NCBI GenBank assembly: GCA_963813715.1
Contig: CAWFAK010000017.1
Coordinates: 352,001 to 416,000 of the forward strand
Reading direction: 5' to 3'
Source: an uncultured Planctomycetaceae bacterium
Lineage (GTDB): Bacteria > Planctomycetota > Planctomycetia > Planctomycetales > Planctomycetaceae
Length of the DNA: 64,000 bases
Positions within the stretch are counted from its first letter, which is position 1, and each line of letters starts with the position of its first letter. The notes under the pieces are model-generated. The model made no database searches and was not told the DNA's origin. It saw only the letters and a program-made list of their open reading frames with translations. This document shows, in pieces, positions 10,154 through 22,265 of the stretch. The position numbers were made by a program, and so were the translations under genes.

Positions 10154-11987
10154 ATGCGACGGGCTGCGATTTACGTTGCGGGAATCCTGGGGCTGCTCGC
10201 GTCCCCATTTCTTCTCGCCGAATCCGCCGGACGCGCCCTTGCGACCGACCCGCCGAACGGCGCCGTCTTTACCGCCAAGGGGCGGTTCCGCATTCCCTTT
10301 CGCTACGATCCGACGGAGATGCAGCGGCTGCAGGCTCGCGAAGTGCAGCTCTACGTCTCGACCGATCACGGCACGCGCTGGCGGATGGTCGATCGGGCCG
10401 AGCCGCGAGCCGACCACTTCGACTTTCTCGCACCGAGCGACGGCGAGTATTGGTTCGCTGTCCGAACGCTCGATTCGTTCAACCGTCTGCATCCCGCCGG
10501 CAACAACATCGAGCCGGCGCTCAAGGTTATTGTTGACGCCACGCCGCCCGTGCTCGAGCTGCTGTTAACCGAGCTCGAGCCAGGCAAGATCGAGCTGCGC
10601 TGGACGGCCGCCGACGACCATTTGGACGTCAGCAAGCTGCGAATCGAGTATCGCCAGCCCGACGCGCCCGAGTGGCAGCCCGCCGCCGTCGTTCCTCAAC
10701 CGAACGGACAGACCACGTGGGAGGTCAAAGCGGGAGGCCTCGTCGCCGTGCGCGGCTCGATCAGCGACCTCGCCGGAAACAGCGTGAACGCCGATCGTGA
10801 AATCACCGTGCATCCCTCGCCGCACGGTGCAAAAGGGTCCGACACGGAATACCGGGCGCCCGTGGCCAAAGCCAATCCGACCGGTGGAGACGTGCCGATT
10901 CGCGAAGCGGCTGCCGTTGTTCCGCCGGACCACACGGCGACCGACAAGCCGTCACATCCGCCGATCGACACCGCGAAGCCGATGGCTTCCACGTCGCCTG
11001 CGGCCACGCCGTCATCTGGTGCGGCACCGTCATCCGCTGCGGCCGCGTCAGGCGGAAACGACCCGGTGGACGGGGGCCTCACCTCCGATCACGACTTCTT
11101 CGTCGAGTCGAAGGACAAAGCCGCGAGCCCCGGGCTGAAGATTCAGCCGCAGGTTCGCAACGATCTCGTCTCCGACTCGCCCGCCGATCGCCCGGCGATC
11201 GTCCAAAAACAAGTTATGCAAAAACAAGGTGGGCAGGGACAGACGGGCGCAGACACGGCCCCGCCGGCAGACGGCGCGGACGAGTTGGTGGACGAAAAAG
11301 CCAACTTCACAGCCACGCCGCCGGCTCCGAAGGATGACGAACCGCGGACGATCGTCGTCAACAGCACCGATTTCCAGATCGGCTATCGCATCGACGACCT
11401 GGGGCCTTCGGGTCTCGGCAAGATCGAGCTGTTTATCACGACCGACGGCGGTCGCAAGTGGTATCGCTACGGGACGAACCCGACGAACAAGAGTCCGTTC
11501 GCGGTCAACGTGCCGGCCGACGGAACCTATGGATTCGAGCTGCGCGTGAAAAACGGGGCCGGCATCGGCGACGATCCGCCGCATCCTGGCGACAAGCCGT
11601 CGATTGTGGTCATGGTCGACAAAACGCCGCCCGAGCGCTCAGTTATTGGCGCCGCAAATCGGCCGCGGCAAATCGCACAACAAAGTCCTGCTGCGTTGGG
11701 TTGCGGAAGACGCGCACTTCGGCGCGACTCCGGTCCTGCTCGAGTATGCCGTCGAGAAAAACGGACCGTGGACGAAGATCGGCGATTGGCAGGCCAACTC
11801 TGGCCACTACATCTGGCCGATCGAATCCGGCATGCCGGGCAAGGTGTACGTGCGGCTCACCGCGAAAGATCGCGCAGGCAATACGGCGCAGATCACCGCG
11901 CCCGACGTGCTGGTGATCGACTTCACGCGGCCGACCGCCCACATCATCGATGTGGAAGCGAAGTCCGGCGGCCAGGACCACGGCTAA
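10154..11987 (+). CDS. Secreted planctomycete-type protein with duplicated Ig/FN3-like modules (frameshift near 11635)
   Basis: Signal peptide. Two similar modules (VQLYVSTDHGTRW...DGEYWFAVR...VIVDATPP and IELFITTDGGRKW...DGTYGFELR...VMVDKTPP) joined by a Pro/Ala/Ser linker. Continues in ORF 11604-11987. Confidence 0.75.
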
Positions 11988-12104
11988 GCCGGTCCCGTGA
12001 TTTCGCTGCTGCGATCGCGAGGCGCCGTCGCTTATTTCGATAATGCGCGCGACACTTGAGCGGGTGAGCGGTGTTGCATCCGCTGCCGTCGGTGTTTCTG
12101 CTAA

Positions 12105-12254
12105 TCAATGGTGCTTAAAGTACTGCACCGCGCGTTCGTGCTTCTCCGCAGCAGCGCGACTGTTAAACGTGCCGAGGTTGCGCCGCTTGCCCGTCGACGG
12201 ATTGAGCTTGCGGGAGTAGAGCCGATACTTACCTGATGCGAGCTTGTGGATCAT
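12105..12254 (-). CDS. Small basic 49-aa protein, AP2/Arm DNA-binding-like
   Basis: Manual translation: MIHKLASGKYRLYSRKLNPSTGKRRNLGTFNSRAAAEKHERAVQYFKHH. AAGGAA (RBS-like) lies upstream. Below the ORF-track cutoff. Confidence 0.7.
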   Translation of the reverse strand: MIHKLASGKYRLYSRKLNPSTGKRRNLGTFNSRAAAEKHERAVQYFKHH

Positions 12255-12455
12255 TGGTGAGTTCCTTGCATGACTTGGGACCGATCCTGCACATTGGGCT
12301 GGCGAGCGCTCCCATCGCAGTGAGCGCGCCAGTCATCGCCCTTTAATTCAACTGCAAGGCGCGCACCAATTGCTCGTCTCCCGCGAGACGGAGCTCATCC
12401 CGTAAGAGTCAGGGTGCGAACGCCGAGAAATCGACAATTCCGGTTGCCCTGAAAC

Positions 12456-12475
12456 GTAAGTGAGCATACACTTAC
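12456..12475. promoter_or_regulatory. Putative TetR operator
   Basis: Perfect inverted repeat GTAAGTG-agcata-CACTTAC ending 4 nt before the TetR ATG at 12480. Confidence 0.65.
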
Positions 12476-12479
12476 ACGT

Positions 12480-13200
12480 ATGGCTACTGAGAGTGCGCGC
12501 GGCGCGAAATTCAGTCAAAAACTCTCCTGTGAGGAGCGGCGGAGCGCGATCCTGCGCCGTCCGCCGGGTCTTTGCTGCAAAGGGCTTCGACGGCACCACC
12601 ACCCGCGAATTGGCGGACGCGGCGGGCGTGTCGGAAGCCCTGCTCTTCAAACACTTTCCGAACAAGGAAGCCCTCTTTTCCGCCATGAAGCTGTCCCTGA
12701 ATGAGCAGGACCTGGGACGGCTCGAGCGGATCAAGCAGCTGGAGCCGTCCGTCTCAACCCTCGTCCTCTTGGTGCATTTTCTGACTCACCTGCTGATCGA
12801 AGGTTGGACCGTCGCCGAGGATGAGCCGGCGATCCAGACTCGGCTCATGCTCCGCAGTCTGGCGCAGGACGGAGAATTTGCCCGGCTATTGCTGCGGCGG
12901 GTCGCCACGCAATGGGTGCCGAAGATCGACGAATGCCTGCGGGCGGCCGTGGCCAATGGTGACGCGGCGGCCGACCCGGCCTGTCCTCCCCACTTGGCCG
13001 GCTGGCTCACTCAGCACGTCGGCTGCATGGCGATGATGGCGCTGCTGCCCGCGAGCACCGTCGTCGACTATGGCATGTCGCGGCGCGAGCTGGTGGAGCA
13101 GGTCGTTTGGTTTTCCCTTCGCGGAATGGGGGTGCGGGACGAGGCAATTCGCCGTCATTACAATCCGCGAGCGCTCGAGTTAATTGAAGGTCGGAAATGA
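12480..13200 (+). CDS. TetR/AcrR family regulator (frameshift near 12553)
   Basis: MATESARGAKFSQKLSCEERRSAIL joins AVRRVFAAKGFDGTTTRELADAAGVSEALLFKHFPNKEALF (TetR HTH). Stop overlaps the MFP start. Confidence 0.88.
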
Positions 13201-14462
13201 TCCATCTCTCCGGAAGTGCACATCCTGGCGACCGAACGGATCGCGCGCATCAACACGGGCGCGTGGTCGAAATTGCTTGTGGTCTGGTAGCGGTGCTGGT
13301 TGGTTGTCTGGCAATCACCGGCTGCACGAAGGCGCCCGCCGAGGCTCCCCCGCTGCCGCCGCCCGCCGTGACGATCAGCTGTCCGCTCGAGCAGGACCTG
13401 GCCGACTATGCGGATTTCACGGGCCAAACGGCGGCCGTGAAGAGCGTTGATGTGCGAGCCCGCGTCTGGGGTTTTTTGCAGACGGTGAACTTCACCGAAG
13501 GGGCGCTCGTTCGCAAGGGCGACCTGCTGTTTCAGATCGATCCGCGTCCCTACCAGGCGCTGGTCAACCAAGCCAAAGCAAAAATCGCCCAAGATCAGGC
13601 CCAGCTGACCAACGATGAAGAGGTTTACCGCCGAACCTATCAGCTGCACACCCGCGGCGCGGCGAGTCAGGATACGCTCGACAAGGCGCTGGCCGATCGG
13701 GACAGCGTCCAGGCCACGCTGATGGCGGACAAGGCCGATCTCGAGGCAAAGCAACTGGACCTCGACTTCACGCGGATCGAGGCGCCGATCAGCGGACGAG
13801 TCAGCCGCTTCGAGGTGACCGAAGGTAACGTCGTCCAGTCGGGACAAAACGGCGGCACGCTCCTCACGACGATCGTGTCCGTCGACCCGATGTACGTTTA
13901 TTTCGACATCGACGAGCGGACGCTGCTGCAAGTCCGCCGTCTGGTGCAGACGGGGCAGATCAAGAACGTGCAGGAGACGGCTTTCCCGGTCGCCATCGGT
14001 TTGGCGGACGAGCCTCAATTCCCCCGGCAGGGCAGCGTGAACTTCATGGACAATCGCGTCGATCCGGGCACGGGCACGTTGCGGATGCGGGCCGATGTCG
14101 CGAACTCTGACGCGATGTTGACGCCCGGTCTCTTTGTCCGCTGCCATCTCCCGCTGGGAGCGCCGCGGCACACGATCCTGGTTTCCGAACAAGCGCTCGC
14201 CAGCGACCAGGGGCAGAAGTATGTGTACCTGGTCAACGATCAGAACGAGGTTCTTTATCGCCCGGTGAAAGTCGGACGATCGTTCGCCGGTATGCGGGTG
14301 ATCGAGTCGGGACTGACCAAGGCCGACAAGGTCATCGTGAAGGGGCTGCAGCGCGTTCAGCCCGGCATCAAAGTCGAGCCCAAGCTCGCGGAAATGCCGA
14401 ACCACCTCGCGGCCGAGAAGGTCTCGTCCGCGCCGGTTGGCAAGAAGCCGGTTGCAAACTGA
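13197..14462 (+). CDS. RND efflux periplasmic adaptor (MFP, AcrA/MexE-like lipoprotein)
   Basis: LAITGC lipobox; VDVRARVWGFL; LFQIDPRPY; IEAPISGRVSR; DNRVDPGTGT. Confidence 0.93.
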   Translation: MIHLSGSAHPGDRTDRAHQHGRVVEIACGLVAVLVGCLAITGCTKAPAEAPPLPPPAVTISCPLEQDLADYADFTGQTAAVKSVDVRARVWGFLQTVNFTEGALVRKGDLLFQIDPRPYQALVNQAKAKIAQDQAQLTNDEEVYRRTYQLHTRGAASQDTLDKALADRDSVQATLMADKADLEAKQLDLDFTRIEAPISGRVSRFEVTEGNVVQSGQNGGTLLTTIVSVDPMYVYFDIDERTLLQVRRLVQTGQIKNVQETAFPVAIGLADEPQFPRQGSVNFMDNRVDPGTGTLRMRADVANSDAMLTPGLFVRCHLPLGAPRHTILVSEQALASDQGQKYVYLVNDQNEVLYRPVKVGRSFAGMRVIESGLTKADKVIVKGLQRVQPGIKVEPKLAEMPNHLAAEKVSSAPVGKKPVAN

Positions 14463-14623
14463 TGCGAGCTGCGGATCGGTCGCCCTCCAGCGTCCCTCCG
14501 ATCGCGGCCGCACCTGCCTGCTCGCGGGTTCGTCCCCGAAAGGGAACCCGGCAACGATTTCAGCTTGTGCCTGTGACTCAGTCCCTGCTCTAGAGCCCCC
14601 TGCCCAAGTCAGAGTGTGAGCCG

Positions 14624-17600
14624 GTGATCTCGCGGTTCTTCATCAATCGGCCGATCTTCGCCTCGGTGCTGTCGATCGTGATCACGCTCGCGGGCGGGGT
14701 CTCGGTCTTCAACCTCGGTTTGGCGCAGTTTCCGCCGGTGACGCCGCCGACCGTGCAGGTCACCTGCACCTACCCGGGTGCTAGCGCCAAGGACGTGGCC
14801 GAGGCGATCGCCGCCCCCATCGAGCAGCAGGTGAACGGCGTCGAAGGGATGATGTACATGTCATCCCAGTGCGCCAACGACGGTTCATACAACCTCACCG
14901 TCACGTTTCGGCAGGGCTTCAATCTCAACATGGCCCAGGTTCTGGTGCAGAACCGCGTTAACCTGGCCGTGCCCCTGTTGCCCGACGTGATCAAGCAGAC
15001 AGGCGTGACCACGATCAAGCGGTCGCCAGACATTCTCTGCGGTATCGCCCTGCTCTCCCCCGACGGGCGGTATGACCAGCTGTTCGTCAGCAACTATGCC
15101 GTGCTGCAAGTGAAGGACGAGCTCTCGCGCGTCGACGGCGTCGGCGATATCTTCCTGTTCGGGCAGCGCGATTACAGCATGCGAGTCTGGGTCGATCCGC
15201 ACAAACTGGCCTCGCGTGGCTTGGCGGCCTCGGATATTTCCAATGCTCTCCGCGAGCAGAACGCACCCGTTGCCGCTGGCGCGATCGGCCAGCAGCCGGC
15301 GGTCGACCAACAAGAAACGCAGATCACGCTGAACACGCTGGGCCGGCTCACCGATGTCGAGCAATTCGGCAACATCATCGTCAAGCGGAGCCCGGATGGC
15401 CGGCTGACCCGGCTCAAGGACGTGGCCCGCGTGGTGCTCGGGGCAAAGAACGAAGACGTCAGCACGCGGCTGGACGGCAAGGATACGATCTTCCTCGCCA
15501 TCTTCCAGATGCCCGACGCCAACGCCCTCGACACGCACGACCGCGTGATGGCCAAGATGGAAGAGCTGAAGAAGACCTTCCCCGAGGGGCTGACCTACGA
15601 AATCGGCTTCGACACGACCCCCTACACGCGCGAATCGATCCGCGAGGTCGTCAAGACGCTCCGCGACGCGATCATCCTGGTTGCCGTGGTGGTGCTGCTC
15701 TTCCTGCAGAACTGGCGTTCGTCGTTGATTCCGCTGGTCGCCGTGCCGGTCGCCGTGGTCGGCACCTTTGCGGCGATGCTGATGTTCGGGTTCAGTCTCA
15801 ACAATCTGACATTATTTGGATTGGTGCTCGCCATTGGGATTGTGGTGGACGATGCCATCGTCGTGGTCGAGGCGGTGGAGCACCATATCGAGCACGGGCT
15901 CTCGCCGCGCGACGCCACCATTCGGGCGATGGACCAGGTGTCGGGCCCGGTAATCGCGGTCGGCCTGGTGCTGAGCGCCGTGTTCGTTCCGTGCGCTTTC
16001 ATTTCGGGAATCACCGGGGCCTTCTTCCGCCAGTTTGCCGTCACGATCGCCGTCTCGACGGTGATCTCGGCGTTCAACTCGCTGACGCTGAGCCCGGCGC
16101 TTACTGCGCTCTTGTTGCGTCCCCGGGATAAAGAGACCGCGCCGCCCTTGCCGCGCGTGGCGTATGTGCTGGCGGGCGCGCTGTGGGGCTGGTTTTCGCT
16201 GGGGGCCTGGGCGCTGCCCCGCGTCGCGCCGACGCTAACCGCTTGGGCCGGCGCTTGGCTGCCGGCGACGCTCGCGCAGCGGGCGGTGAATAATCTGCCG
16301 AATGCCGTGGGAATCGCGGCCGCCCTGGCGTGCGGGCTCGTTGCCTGGTTTCTCGGTCCGCTGTGCAACCGCGTCCTGCGGGGCTTTTTCACGCTGTTCA
16401 ATTACACCTTTGCTTGGACGACCCGGATCTACACCGGATTGGTCGGCGGCCTGCTCCGCGTGTGCGTGATCGTCCTCGTGGTCTACGTCGGCCTCTTGGG
16501 CGTGACGTACTGGAGCATCCAGTCGACGCCCAAGGGATTCATTCCGCTGCAGGACATGGGTTACTTGATTTGCAGCGTGCAGCTTCCCGATGCGGCCTCC
16601 AAGGAACGCACCGAAGTGGTGATGGCCAAGCTGGTCGCCATCGCCCGGAAAGTGCCCGGCGTCAAACACGTGACGGGCGTGTGCGGTCAGTCGTTTGTCC
16701 TCAACGCCTTCGGCTCGAACTTCGGCTCGATGTTCGTCAACCTCGACGACTACTCCGAGCGCCGCGACTTGGATCGCTCCGCCGATTCGATCGCCGCGCA
16801 AATTCGAGCGGGGGTCGCACAGATTCAAGAGGCGCAGATCTTCGTCTTCGGCCCGCCCCCTGTCCGGGGCGCCGGCCGGGCCGGCGGCTTCACGATGATG
16901 GTGGAAGACCGTGGCGACCTGGGACCGAAAGTCTTGCAGGAGGAGACCGAAAACCTGGTCCGCGCCGGTACCGCGACCCAGAAGCTGATCGGCCTTTCGT
17001 CCGTGTTCCGCGCCAACGTGCCGCAGCTCTTCGTGGAAGCCGATCCGCGGGAGTGCATGGCCAAGGGAGTCTCGCTCCAGAGTTTTGCCGACACGCTGTC
17101 GATCTTCATGGGCTCGCTCTACGTCAATGATTTCAATCTCTACGGGCGGACCTGGCAGGTGAACGTGCAGGCCGACCAGCAGTTCCGCGGCCAGATCGAG
17201 CAGCTGATTCCGATGGCCGTGCCGAGCATGCGCGGGACGATCGTTCCCATCGGCTCGCTGGCGAGCATTCACGAAACGAACGGCCCGCTCATTCTGACGC
17301 GCTACAACATGTACCCGGCCGCTTCGATCAACGGCCTGGCCGCACCGGGATTGAGTTCGGGACAGGCGATCGACCTGCTGGGAGGCTTGGCCCATCGCGA
17401 GCTGTCGCGCAACATGGCATTCGAGTGGAGCGACATGTCGTACCTGGAGGTCATCGCGGGCGACACGGCCATGATGATCTTCGGCTTCGCGGTCGTGATG
17501 GTGTTCCTGGTGCTGGCGGCCCAATACGAAAGCTGGTCGCTCCCTCTGGCGGTGATCCTTGTCGTGCCGATGTGCCTGTTGAGCGCGATCATCGGGGTCA

Positions 17601-18271
17601 AGATCGCCGAGATGGACGTGAATATCTTCACCCGGATCGGATTCGTGGTGTTGGTGGGACTGGCGAGCAAGAACGCCATTTTGATCGTCGAATTCGCCAA
17701 GGTGCAGCGACGCTCCGGCGCGAATCGCCGGGCGGCGACGCTGGAAGCGTGCAAGCTCCGGTTGCGCCCGGTCGTGATGACGTCGCTGGCGTTCATTCTG
17801 GGCGTGGTGCCGCTGATTGTTTCCCGTGGAGCCGGCGCCGAAATGCGGCAGACGCTGGGGACGGCCGTCTTCAGCGGCATGCTCGGCGTGACGCTGTTCG
17901 GATTGCTGCTGACGCCCGTCTTTTTCTACAGCATCGACTGGTTGGGCGACGCGCACTTATTCCGGTCGCTGGTGATGCAGCGGTTCAACCATTTGTCGTT
18001 ATCGGTCGTTTCCTTGAAGCCGCTGCGGACGAAGGTTGCCGACGCTTTTGTTCGCTGGAATGCAAGCCGGCGTACCCGACCTTCGAACGGCCGCGTCAAA
18101 GATCGAGCTCCGCGCGGCCAATTGATTGCCGGAAACGGGCACGACGGCCACGGTGTCCGCATCGCGGAAGCCCCGTCACCGATGTCGACTCCGCCCCCGA
18201 TCGGCGCGTCGAATTTCGAGCGCACTGCCGCAGGCGACGAAGAACCTGACGCCGAACACATTGTTAGCTGA
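14624..18271 (+). CDS. RND (HAE1, AcrB/MexF-like) efflux permease 1
   Basis: [43 protein letters not shown]; long C-terminal tail. Confidence 0.95.
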   Translation: MISRFFINRPIFASVLSIVITLAGGVSVFNLGLAQFPPVTPPTVQVTCTYPGASAKDVAEAIAAPIEQQVNGVEGMMYMSSQCANDGSYNLTVTFRQGFNLNMAQVLVQNRVNLAVPLLPDVIKQTGVTTIKRSPDILCGIALLSPDGRYDQLFVSNYAVLQVKDELSRVDGVGDIFLFGQRDYSMRVWVDPHKLASRGLAASDISNALREQNAPVAAGAIGQQPAVDQQETQITLNTLGRLTDVEQFGNIIVKRSPDGRLTRLKDVARVVLGAKNEDVSTRLDGKDTIFLAIFQMPDANALDTHDRVMAKMEELKKTFPEGLTYEIGFDTTPYTRESIREVVKTLRDAIILVAVVVLLFLQNWRSSLIPLVAVPVAVVGTFAAMLMFGFSLNNLTLFGLVLAIGIVVDDAIVVVEAVEHHIEHGLSPRDATIRAMDQVSGPVIAVGLVLSAVFVPCAFISGITGAFFRQFAVTIAVSTVISAFNSLTLSPALTALLLRPRDKETAPPLPRVAYVLAGALWGWFSLGAWALPRVAPTLTAWAGAWLPATLAQRAVNNLPNAVGIAAALACGLVAWFLGPLCNRVLRGFFTLFNYTFAWTTRIYTGLVGGLLRVCVIVLVVYVGLLGVTYWSIQSTPKGFIPLQDMGYLICSVQLPDAASKERTEVVMAKLVAIARKVPGVKHVTGVCGQSFVLNAFGSNFGSMFVNLDDYSERRDLDRSADSIAAQIRAGVAQIQEAQIFVFGPPPVRGAGRAGGFTMMVEDRGDLGPKVLQEETENLVRAGTATQKLIGLSSVFRANVPQLFVEADPRECMAKGVSLQSFADTLSIFMGSLYVNDFNLYGRTWQVNVQADQQFRGQIEQLIPMAVPSMRGTIVPIGSLASIHETNGPLILTRYNMYPAASINGLAAPGLSSGQAIDLLGGLAHRELSRNMAFEWSDMSYLEVIAGDTAMMIFGFAVVMVFLVLAAQYESWSLPLAVILVVPMCLLSAIIGVKIAEMDVNIFTRIGFVVLVGLASKNAILIVEFAKVQRRSGANRRAATLEACKLRLRPVVMTSLAFILGVVPLIVSRGAGAEMRQTLGTAVFSGMLGVTLFGLLLTPVFFYSIDWLGDAHLFRSLVMQRFNHLSLSVVSLKPLRTKVADAFVRWNASRRTRPSNGRVKDRAPRGQLIAGNGHDGHGVRIAEAPSPMSTPPPIGASNFERTAAGDEEPDAEHIVS

Positions 18272-18285
18272 AGTTGGAGTCGTTC

Positions 18286-21200
18286 GTGTTTTCGACGTTC
18301 TTTATCAATCGGCCGATCTTCGCCAGCGTGCTGTCGATCATCATCACGCTGGCCGGCGGGATTGCGCTGTTGGCGTTGCCGATCGCCCAGTATCCCGAGA
18401 TCACGCCGCCAACCGTGGAAGTTTCGGCCGTCTATCCGGGCGCCAACGCGCAGACCGTGGCCGACACCGTCGCCGCTCCCATCGAGCAACAGGTCAACGG
18501 CGTCGAGAACATGCTGTATATGTCGTCGCAATGCACGAACGACGGCACCTACACGCTCACCGTGACGTTTAAAAACGGCGTCGACCTGAACATGGCCCAG
18601 GTGCTCGTTGAAAACCGCGAGTCGCTGGCCGACCCGGTCCTCCCCGACTTGGTGAAGCGCCGCGGCGTGGCGGTGAAGAAGAAATCGCCCAGCGTGCTGT
18701 GCATCGTCAACTTGTTCTCGCCCGATAACACGCGCGACAACCTGTACCTGAGCAACTACGCCACGATCCAGCTCAACGGCGAGCTGTCGCGGCTGCCCGG
18801 CGTGGGCGACATCACGTACGTCGGCCAGCGCGACTACAGCATGCGGCTGTGGCTCGACCCGCGGAAGATGGCCTACCGCAACCTCACTGCCAACGACATC
18901 GTCACCGCCATCCAGCAGCAGAATACGCAGGTGGCCGCGGGACAAATCGGCCAGGCGCCGGTGGCTCCGGGGCAGGTCACGCAGCTGACAATCAGCACGA
19001 TGGGCCGGCTGGTCGACGTCGAGCAATTTGCCGACATGATTCTCAAGACCGACGCGAACGGCGCTCTCGTCCGCGTGCGCGACGTCGCGCAGATCGAGCT
19101 GGGGGCGCTCGCCTACGATCAGACGTGCACGCTCGACGGCAAATCGTCGGTGGCCCTTTCGATTTACCAGCTGCCGGGATCCAACGCGCTCGACGTGTCG
19201 CAATCGGTCAAGAATAAAATGCAGGAGTTGAAGGCCCGCTTCCCCGCGGGCCTGGACTACGCGATCGTTTACGATACGGCCCCCTTCATCAGCGAGTCGA
19301 TCCGCGAAGTCTTCGTGACGCTCCGCGACGCGGTGATTCTCGTCGCCGTCGTCGTCCTCTTGTTCCTGCAGAACTGGCGCTCGGCCATCATTCCGCTGGT
19401 CGCCGTTCCCGTGGCCATTGTCGGTACGTTCGCCGTGATGGCGGCGATGGGTTTCAGCCTCAACAACCTCACGCTGTTCGGCCTGGTGCTGGCGATCGGC
19501 ATCGTCGTCGACGACGCGATCGTCGTTGTGGAGGCAGTGGAAAGGCAAATCGAACACGGATTGCCCCGCGCGAGGCCACGATCCGCGCGATGGAAATGGT
19601 TTCCGGCCCCGTGATCGCCGTCGGCCTGGTGCTAAGCGCCGTGTTCATCCCCTGCACGTTCATCACGGGTATCACCGGCCAGTTCTTCCGGCAGTTTGCG
19701 CTGACGATCGCAGTCTCGACGGCGATCTCCGCTTTCAATTCGCTCACGCTGAGTCCGGCGCTCACCGCCCTGCTCCTGCGGGCTCACGACAAGGAGACGG
19801 CCCTGCCGCTTCCCTGGTTTGGTTTCCCGCTGATTGGCGGCCTGTTCGCGTGGGACCTTTCCACGCGTTTCGGCTGGGGAGGCACCGAGAACTGGCTGCC
19901 GCTGGCCGTGGCGATTGCAGCCGGCATCGCCCTTGGAGCGCTGATCGGTCCGCCCGCCAACCGGCTCCTCGCCCGACTGTTTCGCGCGTTTAACCGCGGC
20001 TTCGACCGGACGGCCGCCGTCTACACGCGGGCGGTGGGCGGGCTGTTGCGGGTGAGCGTCATTGTGCTCGTGGTTTACGGTGGCCTGTTGGTGGTGACCT
20101 ACGGCAGTTTCCAGGCGACGCCAAAGGGCTTCATTCCGCCACAGGACAAGGGTTACCTGCTGGTCAACGTCCAGCTGCCCGACTCGGCCTCCGTGCAGCG
20201 CACGCAAAAGGTCATGCGGCGGATCGAGGAGATCGCCGGCAAAACGCCGGGCGTGAAACACACGGTGTCGATTGCCGGCCAATCGATTCTTCTCAACGCG
20301 AATGCCCCGAACTTCGGCGCCATGTACTTGATGCTCGACGACTTTCACTCGCGCGTGGGCCGCGGGCTGTCGGACGTCGTCATCACGAATCGGCTGCAAA
20401 AGGCCTTGAGCGGCGAAATCGAAGAGGGGCTCGTCAACGTCTTCAGTGCTCCCCCCATCGACGGCCTCGGAACGGCCGGCGGCTTTAAGCTGATGGTCGA
20501 GGACCGCAGCGACAGCGGCCTCGAGGCGCTGCAATCGGCGGCGGACAACGTCGTCGACGCCGGTCGCCGCACGCCCGGCATTCAGGAGCCGTTCACCAGC
20601 TTCCGGGCCAACACGCCCTGGCTATATCTCGATATCGATCGGGAGGCGGCCAAGACGATGGGCGTGTCGATCGCCGAGGTATTCAACACGCTGCAGGTGT
20701 ACCTGGGATCGCTCTACGTCAACGACTTCAATCGGTTCGGCCGCACGTGGCAGGTGAACGTGCAGGCAATGTCCGATTTCCGCAGCCAGATCGACGACAT
20801 CAAGCAGATCAAGATTCGCAACGATCAGGGGAACATGGTTCCGCTCGCCACGATGATGGGCGTCCGCGAAACCACCGGGCCCGTGATGATCATGCGATAC
20901 AATATGTATCCCGCGGCGGCGATCAATCTCGCGCCAGCCGCGGGGATCAGCTCGGGGCAGGTGATCGACCGGGCCCAGGCCAGCGCCGACGGCGCCCTGC
21001 CGCGGATGATGAAGGCCGAGTGGACCGAGCTCGCCTTCCTGCAGCTGGAAACGGGCAACACGGCCATGCTCGTCTTTTTGCTCGCCGTCGTGCTGGTGTT
21101 CCTGGTGCTGGCCGCGCAGTACGAGAGCTGGACGCTGCCGCTGGCCGTGATCCTCGTGGTGCCGATGTGCCTCTTGTGTTCGGTCGCCGGCGTGCTGATG

Positions 21201-21623
21201 GCGCGGATGGACATCAATATCTTCACGCAGGTCGGGTTCGTCGTCTTGATCGGGCTGGCGTGCAAGAACGCCATTCTGATTGTCGAGTTCGCCAAGTCTG
21301 AGACCGAGCACGGTCACGAGCCGGGCGAGGCGACGCTCAAAGCGTGCGAGCTGCGGTTGCGGCCGATCGTGATGACGTCGTTTGCGTTCGTACTCGGCGT
21401 GGTGCCCCTGATGCTGGCCGAGGGGGCCGGAGCCGAAATGCGTCGCACGCTGGGGACGGCCGTGTTCTTCGGCATGCTGGGGGTGACGCTCTTCGGCATC
21501 TTCCTGACGCCCGTGTTCTTCTATGTCATCCGCCGCGTCACGCAACGGATGGAGGCCTACATGGAGGATCGACCGCCTCTCGCGCAGCCAGTCGCCGAAT
21601 CGGCGACCTTCTCGGGCCACTGA
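18286..21623 (+). CDS. RND (HAE1) efflux permease 2 (frameshift near 19565)
   Basis: ORFs 18274-19614 and 19590-21623 join into a full permease with [17 protein letters not shown] and RLRPIVMTS. Confidence 0.93.
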
Positions 21624-21698
21624 ACCTGTGGCGTGGCGTCGAGGCGTGCCAACGAAGACTTGGATTTGCGTCGCTCACGTTGGCTGCCGTGCGGCCAT

Positions 21699-22082
21699 TT
21701 ATTTCGTTAGCTGCTCGTTGACCCACTTGCCGAAATACGTGAACGAGTGGCCGCCGTTGGCTTCGGCGATGTTTGTCACGCGGAGCGCCTCGTCGCGGTC
21801 CTTAACCGCCACGCTGACGGAATAATGGCCGTTTTGCAGTTCCTGCACGCCAAAGTCGGCCACGGCCCGCTCGAAGTCGCCAAAAAACGAGACCGAGCGG
21901 AGGTTTTCCAGCATCTGGATGCCGTCAGGTCCGTGGAGCGAGCGAATCTTCGAATCGGGGAAACCGGCCTGATTGAGGCTCTTGGCGATGGCTTGCAGTT
22001 TTCCATTCGTGTCGACGAAGCCGATCACGCGCGATTCCGGAATCCCAAGCTGCTGGCCGTGATACGTCGTGGGTTGAATCAT
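21699..22082 (-). CDS. Hypothetical protein (about 127 aa)
   Basis: MIQPTTYHGQQLGIPESRVIGFVD...GHSFTYFGKWVNEQLTK; GGAGG RBS upstream; globular composition. Confidence 0.65.
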   Translation of the reverse strand: MIQPTTYHGQQLGIPESRVIGFVDTNGKLQAIAKSLNQAGFPDSKIRSLHGPDGIQMLENLRSVSFFGDFERAVADFGVQELQNGHYSVSVAVKDRDEALRVTNIAEANGGHSFTYFGKWVNEQLTK

Positions 22083-22265
22083 TGCCTGAACCTCCGCTGG
22101 AAGCCCCGGGCGCAGTCGTCGCTCGAGGCGCCGTTGCCTCGAGGAATCGACGCGTTTCTGCGGGCCGGCCAGTGACTGTGCAACCGCCGTTCCAAGACCT
22201 GGCTTGGGAACACTGGACGGATGGTGTAACTTGGGGGAAACCACCTGCAGAATTGGATCTGGAAG

